This document shows positions 10,361 to 17,682 of a stretch of 64,000 bases of DNA, one piece after another (position 1 is the stretch's first letter; every line of letters begins with the position of its first letter). This stretch comes from a bacterium. GTDB lineage: Bacteria; Sysuimicrobiota; Sysuimicrobiia; Sysuimicrobiales; Segetimicrobiaceae. The stretch spans positions 3,312-67,311 of the forward strand of contig DASSJF010000038.1 of the NCBI GenBank assembly GCA_035691305.1, in the 5' to 3' direction. The notes below the pieces were generated by a model. It did not search any database, was not told where the DNA came from, and saw only the letters and a list, made by a program, of their open reading frames with translations. Position numbers and translations under genes: made by a program.

Positions 10361-10389
10361 ATCGTAACAACCCCCCAAAATGGTGTCAA
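10361..10389 (-). promoter_or_regulatory. Sigma70/SigA-like promoter of the V/A-ATPase operon.
   Basis: The minus-strand sequence is TTGACA-N17-TACGAT (CTTGACAccattttggggggttgtTACGAT), about 100 nt upstream of the atpG ATG. Confidence 0.4.
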
Positions 10390-10411
10390 GAAAGAAGCCA
10401 AACAACGGTTC

Positions 10412-10500
10412 GACGACGCCGTCGCATACCGACGGCTAGTCCCGCACCGGGGCGACGCCGTCGCATGCCGACGCCTAGTCCCGCGCCGGGGCGACGCCGG
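10412..10500. repeat. Tandem 39-bp GC-rich imperfect-palindrome repeat (about 2.3 copies) between the nuoN stop and the atp promoter.
   Basis: GACGACGCCGTCGCATACCGACGGCTAGTCCCGCACCGG / GGCGACGCCGTCGCATGCCGACGCCTAGTCCCGCGCCGG / GGCGACGCCGG. Each unit contains the self-complementary GCGACG-G-CGTCGC core. Confidence 0.6.
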
Positions 10501-10503
10501 TGT

Positions 10504-11985
10504 CTAGATCTTCAACAGCAGTGATGCCGCCTGGGCGAAGCGGATGAGCGCATCCGGGAAGAACCCCGGCACGAGCGCGCCCGCGGCCGTCACGGCCAGC
10601 ACGCCCCGCAACAGCGGCGTCTCGACCGGCCCGCCGAGCGGCTCGCCGGCCGGAGGTGCCGCCGGTTCGCCGCCGGCGGCGGGCATCTGCCACATCGCCC
10701 GGATGACGCCCACGTAGTAGTAGAGCGACACCACGCTGTTGATGATGCCGACCACGGCCAGCCAGAGGAACCCGGACTGAATCGCGGCGCTGAAGAGAAA
10801 CACTTTTCCCCAGAACAACGCGGTCGGCGGAATGCCTGTGAGGGCGAGCATGAACGCGGCCATCAGCGTCGCCGAAAACGGCGATCGCTGGCCGAGCCCG
10901 GCGTAGCCCGCGATCGCGTCCGTGCCGCTCGCCCGGGCTACGGCGATGGCGACGGTGAAGGCGCCGATGTTGGTGAAGAGGTAGCCCATCAGGTAGAACA
11001 GCAGCGCCGAGACCCCGGAGCCGAGCACCCCCGGCCCGGCGGAGAGCGCCACGACGCCGATCAGCATGTACCCGGCGTGCGCAATCGAGCTGTACGCGAG
11101 CATCCGCTTGATGTTCGACTGCGACAGCGCGAGCAGATTGCCGAACGACATGGAGAGCACGGAGATCGCGGCGACGATGCCGACCCACGCCCCCGGCGGC
11201 AGCGCCACGTAGAGCATCCGCAGCAGGGCGGCGAAACCTGCGGCCTTGCTGGCCACCGACAGAAAGGCGACGATCGGCGTCGGGGCGCCTTCGTACACGT
11301 CCGGCGTCCACTGGTGGAACGGCACCGCGGAGATCTTGAACCCGAACCCGGCGAGGATCAGCACGACCGCGACCACGAGGAACCCCGGCTGGGCGGCTCC
11401 GAGCCGCGAGGCCAGCGCGTAGATGTTCGTCGTGCCGGTTGCCCCGTACAGGTACGTGAAGCCGTACAGCATCACGGCCGACGCCGCGGCGCCGTAGAAG
11501 AAGTACTTCACACCGGCCTCGCTGCTCTTCCGGTTCGCCTTCAGGGCGCCGGCGAGCACATACGAGATCAGCGACACCCACTCGATCGCGAGGAACAGCA
11601 CGATCAGATCGGCCGCCGCCGCCATCGCGAACAGGCCGAGCACCATGAACACGATGAGTACGTAGATGTCGCCCTCGTGCGCCGTCGGGTGGTCCCGGAA
11701 AAAGTCCATCGCCGCGGCGATGACGAGAATCGCGCTCAGGATCGCGACCACCTTGAAGAAGCCGGCGAACGGGTCGACCGCGTAGGTGTCGAACACCACG
11801 AGGTACCGCGGGCCGCCGATCAGCACCGCGGAGGGGCCGAGCGTGAACGCCAGGCCGATGATCGCCGTCCACCCCACGAGGCGGCGGTCTTCCGGCGCGA
11901 CGATCAAGTCGATCACGAGCAGGCCGAGGGCCAGGATCCCGACCGTGATCTCGGGCAGCAGGGGCCGGAGGTCGATTCCCGTCAC
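10504..11985 (-). CDS. nuoN: NADH-quinone oxidoreductase subunit N (antiporter-like).
   Basis: 493 aa, multi-TM, typical NuoN/ND2 sequence (…AFLSVASKAAGFAALLRMLY…). Confidence 0.9.
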   Translation of the reverse strand: MTGIDLRPLLPEITVGILALGLLVIDLIVAPEDRRLVGWTAIIGLAFTLGPSAVLIGGPRYLVVFDTYAVDPFAGFFKVVAILSAILVIAAAMDFFRDHPTAHEGDIYVLIVFMVLGLFAMAAAADLIVLFLAIEWVSLISYVLAGALKANRKSSEAGVKYFFYGAAASAVMLYGFTYLYGATGTTNIYALASRLGAAQPGFLVVAVVLILAGFGFKISAVPFHQWTPDVYEGAPTPIVAFLSVASKAAGFAALLRMLYVALPPGAWVGIVAAISVLSMSFGNLLALSQSNIKRMLAYSSIAHAGYMLIGVVALSAGPGVLGSGVSALLFYLMGYLFTNIGAFTVAIAVARASGTDAIAGYAGLGQRSPFSATLMAAFMLALTGIPPTALFWGKVFLFSAAIQSGFLWLAVVGIINSVVSLYYYVGVIRAMWQMPAAGGEPAAPPAGEPLGGPVETPLLRGVLAVTAAGALVPGFFPDALIRFAQAASLLLKI

Positions 11986-11995
11986 CGGCCGGCCC

Positions 11996-13504
11996 TCATC
12001 GCACGAGGTTGAGGATGCCCAGCATTGCCGCGTTGATCGTGTTGACGACCGGCGCGGGATAGAGCCCGACGGCGATCATCAACGCGGCCAGCGGCGCGAG
12101 CGTCCACGCCTCACGACCGTCCAGATCGGGGAGTCCGGCCCACTTCGCGTTCAGCGGCCCCCAGAAGATGCGGTAGATCGTCCAGAGGAAGAACGCGACC
12201 GTGATCACGACGCCGACGAGCGACACGACGGTCAGCGCCGGATAGACCTGGTAGGCGCCGAGGAAAATCGAGAACTCCGCCACGAACCCCATCAGCCCCG
12301 GCAGACCGAGCGACGCCAGCATCGCCAGCATCGTGAGTCCCGTGTACACCGGGAGGCGCTCCCACAGGCCGCCGAAATCGTTCACGCCGCGGGTGTGCGC
12401 CCGGTAGTCGTAGATCACGCCGACGAGGAAGAACAGCGCCCCGGTGATCACGCCGTGCGCCAGCATCTGCATCGTCGCGCCGTTCAGGGCGATCGCCGCG
12501 GCGTTGCGCAGCGCCGGCTGCCCTTCCGCGGCGGCCGCCGCGGCGACGCCGAGCATCACGTAGCCCATGTGGTTGACGCTCGAATAGGCGACGAGCTTCT
12601 TCAGATCCGTCTGCGCCATCGCCACCAGCGCGCCGTAGACGGCCGCGATCGCGGCGAGAACCGCCACCATGCCCGCCATGAGGTGGAAGGCGCCCGGCAG
12701 CAGCGGCAGCAGGATACGCACGAAGCCGTAGGTGCCGAGCTTCAGGAGGATCGCGGCCAGCAGAACGCTGCCGGCGGTCGGCGCCTCGACGTGCGCGTCC
12801 GGAAGCCAGGTGTGGAACGGGAACATCGGCACCTTGATGGCGAAGCCGAGGAAAAAGCCCCAGAACGCCAGGGTGGCGAGGTGCAGGTCCCCCGCCAGCG
12901 GCTTCTGCTGGAAGAGCGCCACTATGTCGAACGTCCGCGGCGAGGAGTGGAAGTACACGATCAGGATCGCCAGCAGCATCGCCAGCGAGCCGACCAGCGT
13001 GTACAGGAAAAACTTGACCGCGGCGTAGACCCGGCGCGGCCCGCCCCAGACGCCGATGATGAAGTACATCGGGATGAGGCTGACCTCCCAGAACACGTAG
13101 AACAGAAAGAAGTCAAGCGCCAAGAACACGCCGAGCATCCCGGTCTCGAGCAGCAGAAACAGCATCATGTACTCTTTCGGCCGGAGATCCACGCGCCACG
13201 AGTACACGACGCACAGGAGCGTGAGCAGCGTCGTCAGCACCACGAGCGGCAGGCTGAGGCCGTCGACGGCCAGATGGTACGTCGCGCCGAGGGACGGAAT
13301 CCAGCGCGCCTGCTCGGTCAGCTGCAGAGTCCCCGCGCGGCCGAAGTCGAACGCGGCCGCCGCCCACACCGAGGCGAGGAAGTCCGCGATCGCCGCGGCG
13401 AGGGCGACGAGACGGATCGTGCGTACCTGCCCGCGCGGCACGGCGAGCAGCGCGGCGGCGCCGGCGGCGGGGATCCAGAGGACGAGGCTCAGCACGCCGT
13501 TCAC
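11996..13504 (-). CDS. nuoM: NADH-quinone oxidoreductase subunit M (antiporter-like).
   Basis: The C-terminal about 502 aa of ORF 11996..15184 are NuoM/ND4-like (…FFLFYVFWEVSLIPMYFIIGVWGG…). A GTG start gives a GTGA overlap with the nuoL stop, and the long N-extension was rejected. Confidence 0.85.
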   Translation of the reverse strand: MNGVLSLVLWIPAAGAAALLAVPRGQVRTIRLVALAAAIADFLASVWAAAAFDFGRAGTLQLTEQARWIPSLGATYHLAVDGLSLPLVVLTTLLTLLCVVYSWRVDLRPKEYMMLFLLLETGMLGVFLALDFFLFYVFWEVSLIPMYFIIGVWGGPRRVYAAVKFFLYTLVGSLAMLLAILIVYFHSSPRTFDIVALFQQKPLAGDLHLATLAFWGFFLGFAIKVPMFPFHTWLPDAHVEAPTAGSVLLAAILLKLGTYGFVRILLPLLPGAFHLMAGMVAVLAAIAAVYGALVAMAQTDLKKLVAYSSVNHMGYVMLGVAAAAAAEGQPALRNAAAIALNGATMQMLAHGVITGALFFLVGVIYDYRAHTRGVNDFGGLWERLPVYTGLTMLAMLASLGLPGLMGFVAEFSIFLGAYQVYPALTVVSLVGVVITVAFFLWTIYRIFWGPLNAKWAGLPDLDGREAWTLAPLAALMIAVGLYPAPVVNTINAAMLGILNLVR

Positions 13505-15372
13505 CACACCAGCCTGACGACGACGATGAGGACGACGCCGAGGAACACGATCAGCAGATAGGTCTCTTCGCGCCCGGTCTGCAGATAGCGCAGGCCGAGC
13601 CCGAACCACCGGGCCAGCCAGCCGATCAGGTTCACGAGGCCGTCGACGACGTGGCGGTCGAACAACCCGGCGAGCCGCATCACGACGCCGCCGATTCCGA
13701 GGAAGACCCAGGCATAGAGGTCGTCGACGAAGTAGCGCCGCGCGAGCAGCGTATACAGCCACGGCAGCGCCTGCCGCAGCGACTCGGACGGCACGACGCG
13801 CCAGACATAGATCGCCGCGGCCGCGACCCAACCGGCGACGGCGATCGCGATCGACCCGAGGAGCAGGCCGAAGTTCGGCGGCGCCGGCTCGACGCCGGGG
13901 AAGTTGATGAACTTCTCGAACGGGTTGCCGAGCGACTCGGCGCCGATCCAGCCGAGAAACACCGCGAAGACGGCGAGAATCACGAGGGGCGCGACCATCA
14001 CGGCGGGGCTCTCGTGCGGACCGCCGTGCCCGTGCGCGGCCGCCGCGTGGGGATCGCCGCCGCGGTACGTGCCGGCAAACGTGTACCAGAGGAGGCGGCC
14101 CATGTACAGCGACGTGAGGAACGCCCCCGCCGCACCGACCGCCCACAACGCCCGGTTGTGCGCAAACGCCGCGGCCAGGATCTGATCCTTGCTGAAGAAT
14201 CCGGCGAACGGTGGAATGCCGGTCAGCGCGAGCGTCGCGGCGACGAACGTCCAGGTGGTCCACGGCAGGTACCGGGCCAATCCGCCCATCTGCTTCATGT
14301 CGTTGGTCGCGACGGCGTGGATCACGCTCCCGGCGCCGAGGAAGAGCAGCGCCTTGAAGAAGGCGTGCGTGATGAGGTGGAACATGCCGGCGGTGTAGCC
14401 GAGAACGCCGAGGCCGAGCATCATGTAGCCGAGCTGGCTCATGGTCGAGTACGCCAGCACGCGTTTGATGTCGTTCTCGACCACCCCCATCGTCGCCGCG
14501 GCCAGCGCGGTGACCCCGCCGATCCAGGCGACGACGGTCAGTCCCGCCTGGCCCGTCGTGAACAGGAAGAGCGGATAGGTGCGGGCGACGAGGTAGACTC
14601 CGGCGGCGACCATCGTCGCAGCGTGGATCAGCGCGCTGACCGGTGTCGGGCCCTCCATCGCGTCGGGCAGCCAGACGTGCAGCGGGACCTGGGCCGACTT
14701 GCCGACCGCGCCGCCGAAGACCAAGATGGCCGCGGCGGTCAGGAGCGGCCCGGCGAGCGAGCCGGTGTGGATGCCCTTGAACACTTCGTCGAACCGCAAC
14801 GAGCCCGTGTGGAGGAAGATGATCAGGATGCCGATCATCATCGAGAAGTCGCCGACGCGGGTCGTGATGAACGCCTTGAGCGCCGCCTTCGCCGCGGCCG
14901 GCCGTTCGAACCAGAACCCGATCAGCAGGTAGGAGCACAGGCCGACGAGCTCCCAGCCGGCGTAGATGAACAGAAAGTTGTCGGCCAGGACCAGGAACAG
15001 CATCGAGAACTGGAACAGCGACAGGTACGCGAAGAACCGCGGGTAGTGCTCGTCGCCGGCCATGTAGCCGACCGAATAGATCGTGATGAGTGACGAGACC
15101 ACGCCGACCATCGCCAGCATGATCGCGCTCAGCGGATCGACGACGAAGCCGACCGTGATCGGCCGGCCGCCGAGCACCGCCCACGTATAGGTGATATCGG
15201 CACGCGCCCCGCCGGCCACCTCGCCGAGCACGACCAGGCCGCCGAGCCCCGCCAGCACGATGCCGGCGATCGAGACGTAGGCGCCGCGGCCCCGGAGGCG
15301 CGGCCCGACGGCCGTGATCGTCGCGAACGCCGCGAGCGGCAGCAGCGGGATGATCCAGGCGATGTGGGTCAC
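13501..15372 (-). CDS. nuoL: NADH-quinone oxidoreductase subunit L (antiporter-like, long horizontal helix).
   Basis: 623 aa. MTHIAWIIPLLPLAAF... with NuoL/ND5 motifs. Confidence 0.9.
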   Translation of the reverse strand: MTHIAWIIPLLPLAAFATITAVGPRLRGRGAYVSIAGIVLAGLGGLVVLGEVAGGARADITYTWAVLGGRPITVGFVVDPLSAIMLAMVGVVSSLITIYSVGYMAGDEHYPRFFAYLSLFQFSMLFLVLADNFLFIYAGWELVGLCSYLLIGFWFERPAAAKAALKAFITTRVGDFSMMIGILIIFLHTGSLRFDEVFKGIHTGSLAGPLLTAAAILVFGGAVGKSAQVPLHVWLPDAMEGPTPVSALIHAATMVAAGVYLVARTYPLFLFTTGQAGLTVVAWIGGVTALAAATMGVVENDIKRVLAYSTMSQLGYMMLGLGVLGYTAGMFHLITHAFFKALLFLGAGSVIHAVATNDMKQMGGLARYLPWTTWTFVAATLALTGIPPFAGFFSKDQILAAAFAHNRALWAVGAAGAFLTSLYMGRLLWYTFAGTYRGGDPHAAAAHGHGGPHESPAVMVAPLVILAVFAVFLGWIGAESLGNPFEKFINFPGVEPAPPNFGLLLGSIAIAVAGWVAAAAIYVWRVVPSESLRQALPWLYTLLARRYFVDDLYAWVFLGIGGVVMRLAGLFDRHVVDGLVNLIGWLARWFGLGLRYLQTGREETYLLIVFLGVVLIVVVRLVW

Positions 15373-15379
15373 CGCGCGG

Positions 15380-15691
15380 TCACCACTTCATCAGGTTGAT
15401 CTCGTCGACGTAGACCGTCTCGAGGGTCCGGTACGCGGCCAGCACGAGCGCCAGGCCGACCGCGGCTTCGCACGCCGCGAGTGTGATCACGATCAGCGCG
15501 AAGATCTGGCCCTGCATCGCCCCCGGCGCGGCGTACTTGTTGAAGGCGACCAGGTTGATGTTGGCGGCGTTCAGCATCAATTCGACGCCCATCAGGATCG
15601 TCACGGCGTTGCGGCGCGTGACCACCGCGAACAGCCCGAGCGCGAAGAGCAGCGCGCTCACGACGAGGTAGTGCGCGAGGCCCGGCATCAA
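15380..15691 (-). CDS. nuoK: NADH-quinone oxidoreductase subunit K.
   Basis: 103 aa with 3 TM helices. MMPGLAHYLVVSALLFALGLFAVVTRRNAVTILMGVELMLNAANINLVAF is classic NuoK/ND4L. Confidence 0.85.
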   Translation of the reverse strand: MMPGLAHYLVVSALLFALGLFAVVTRRNAVTILMGVELMLNAANINLVAFNKYAAPGAMQGQIFALIVITLAACEAAVGLALVLAAYRTLETVYVDEINLMKW

Positions 15692-16182
15692 TCTTCCCGC
15701 CGCGCGATCATGATCGCGCCCATCAGCGAGATCAGCAGGACGATCGACGTACCTTCGAAGACCAGAATGTTCTGACGGAGAAAGCTCTGCCCGATCGCCC
15801 CGGGCGTGTACGGCGGCAGCGCGCCGGCGCCCGCGGGCCAGCCGGTGCGCGTCGAGACGGCGATCAGCAGCGCGGCCATCGCTGCGGCGACCGCGGTGCC
15901 GATCGCAGCCTGCTCGTTGCGCTGCCGGCCCCCGAGCCCCGTGCCGCCTTCGGTCAGCATGATCGCGAAGAGGATCAGCACGGTGATCGCGCCGGCGTAG
16001 ATCAGGACCTGGATGCCGGCCACGAACTCGGCGTTCAGCAGAATGTACAGGCCGGTGACGCCGAGGAACGCTGGCACGAGGGCCGCGGCGCTGTGCACGA
16101 TGTTGCGGCTGGCGACCACCACCACGCCGGCGCCCAGCGTGACGGCGGCCAGCACGTAGAAGGCGATCGCCTCGCCGGTCAC
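15688..16182 (-). CDS. nuoJ: NADH-quinone oxidoreductase subunit J.
   Basis: The C-terminal 164 aa of ORF 15688..16755 (VTGEAIAFYVLAAVTLGAGVVVVASRNIVHSAAALV...) are NuoJ/ND6-like. The GTG start gives a GTGA overlap with the nuoH stop, and the Arg-rich N-extension was rejected. Confidence 0.8.
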   Translation of the reverse strand: MTGEAIAFYVLAAVTLGAGVVVVASRNIVHSAAALVPAFLGVTGLYILLNAEFVAGIQVLIYAGAITVLILFAIMLTEGGTGLGGRQRNEQAAIGTAVAAAMAALLIAVSTRTGWPAGAGALPPYTPGAIGQSFLRQNILVFEGTSIVLLISLMGAIMIARRED

Positions 16183-17159
16183 GGGTGTCCCACCACCACG
16201 ACGAACGCGGTCACGACGAGGTTGAGCACGGACACCGGGATCAGGACCTTCCAGGAAAAGTTCAGCATCTGGTCGATCCGGAAGCGCGGATACGTCCACC
16301 GCACCCACATGAAGACGAAGATCAACGCGTACAGCTTGATGACGAACCACAGCACCGGCGGCAGCACCGGCCCACGCCAGCCGCCGAGGAACAGCGTAAC
16401 CGCCATCGCCGCCATCGCGAACATCTCGCCGTATTCGCCGAGCTGAAACAGCGCGAACCGCATCCCGCTGTATTCGGAGAAGTAGCCGGCGACCAGCTCG
16501 CTCTCCGCCTCGACCAGGTCGAACGGCACGCGGTTCACCTCGGCGATCGCCGCGATGAGGAAGATCAGAAAGGCCACGGGCTGGGCCACGATGTACCACA
16601 GACGCGCCTGGCCGTTGACGATCGTTACGGTCGACAGCGACCCCGCCATCAACGCGACCGTCACGAGCGCGAGCCCGATGGGGATCTCGTAGGTGACCAT
16701 CTGCGCGGCCGATCGCATGCCGCCGAGCAGGGCGTATTTGTTGTTCGATCCCCATCCCGCCATCAGGATGCCGATCACGACCAGCGACGAGGTCGCCGCG
16801 AAGTACAGCACGCCGATGTTCAGATCGCGGAAGATCAGCGGCCCGGACCGCGTGGTGCCGAACGGAATGACGACGTAGTCGAGCAGCGCCGCCAGCGGCA
16901 CGACGACGACCGCGCTCGCGAAGATGAGGCGGTCGGCGCGGTTCGGGACGATGTGTTCCTTCTGCAGAAGTTTAACCGTGTCGGCCACGGTCTGCAGCAG
17001 GCCCTGCGGCCCGACGTGCTTCGGCCCGAGGCGGCTCTGCATCCACGCGCTGATCTTGCGTTCGAGCAGCACGCCGAACATGACCGCGATGAACGCCACC
17101 GCGGAAAAGATGATGATCGTGCCGACGAACGCGCGGAGGATCTCCCAGAGCCAGTCCAT
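16179..17159 (-). CDS. nuoH: NADH-quinone oxidoreductase subunit H.
   Basis: 326 aa. ...QSRLGPKHVGPQGLLQTVADTVKLLQKE... and ...EVNRVPFDLVEAESELVAGYFSEYSG... are hallmark NuoH/ND1 motifs. Confidence 0.9.
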   Translation of the reverse strand: MDWLWEILRAFVGTIIIFSAVAFIAVMFGVLLERKISAWMQSRLGPKHVGPQGLLQTVADTVKLLQKEHIVPNRADRLIFASAVVVVPLAALLDYVVIPFGTTRSGPLIFRDLNIGVLYFAATSSLVVIGILMAGWGSNNKYALLGGMRSAAQMVTYEIPIGLALVTVALMAGSLSTVTIVNGQARLWYIVAQPVAFLIFLIAAIAEVNRVPFDLVEAESELVAGYFSEYSGMRFALFQLGEYGEMFAMAAMAVTLFLGGWRGPVLPPVLWFVIKLYALIFVFMWVRWTYPRFRIDQMLNFSWKVLIPVSVLNLVVTAFVVVVGHP

Positions 17160-17165
17160 CGCCGC

Positions 17166-17522
17166 CTAAGTCCACTCCAGGGCGCCGCGGCGCCACGCGT
17201 AGGCGAGGCCGAGCACCAGGATCACAAGAAACACCAACATCTCCCAGAACGCGAGCGGGCCGAGGCTGCGCGCGACCACCGCCCAGGGGTACAGGTAGAT
17301 GATCTCGACGTCAAACACGACGAAGACGAGCGAGAACAGGTAGTAGCGAACGTGAAACTGCGACCACGCCTGGCCGATCGTAGGCACGCCCGACTCGTAG
17401 GTCTCGAACTTCTGCGGGTAGTCGCTGCGCGGCGAGATCAGCCAGATGATGAGCAGAGGGAGCGAGACCATCCCCGCGCCGACGAGCGCGAAGATGGCGA
17501 CGTAGCCCCAATCGAGCAGCAT
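17166..17522 (-). CDS. nuoA: NADH-quinone oxidoreductase subunit A.
   Basis: 118 aa, NuoA/ND3-like (…FETYESGVPTIGQAWSQFHVRYYLFSLVFVVFDVEIIYLYPWAV…), preceded by the Shine-Dalgarno AAGGAGGGA. Confidence 0.85.
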   Translation of the reverse strand: MLLDWGYVAIFALVGAGMVSLPLLIIWLISPRSDYPQKFETYESGVPTIGQAWSQFHVRYYLFSLVFVVFDVEIIYLYPWAVVARSLGPLAFWEMLVFLVILVLGLAYAWRRGALEWT

Positions 17523-17630
17523 CGTCGTCCCTCCTTAGAACGTGTTGCGGCGCGGACGCGTGGCGCGAACCCGGTTCTCAGATCAGTTGGTCGCCGGCTC
17601 TGCGAAGTTTTTGGCGATGAACCGCGGCTG

Positions 17631-17660
17631 ATGGTAGTATCCGTCGCCGAAGCGTGTCAA
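17631..17660 (-). promoter_or_regulatory. Sigma70/SigA-like promoter upstream of nuoA.
   Basis: The minus-strand sequence is TTGACA-N18-TACCAT in the 160-bp gap between the yvcK stop and nuoA, so the nuo membrane-arm cluster has its own promoter. Confidence 0.45.
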
Positions 17661-17682
17661 CCCTGCCGGGGCGGCGCCGAGT

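Noticed and set aside
10412-10500. Tandem 39-bp repeats considered as a mini CRISPR array.
   Set aside because: Only about 2.3 copies are present, directly abutting each other with no spacers, and no cas genes are nearby. They are better explained as REP/terminator-like palindromic repeats.
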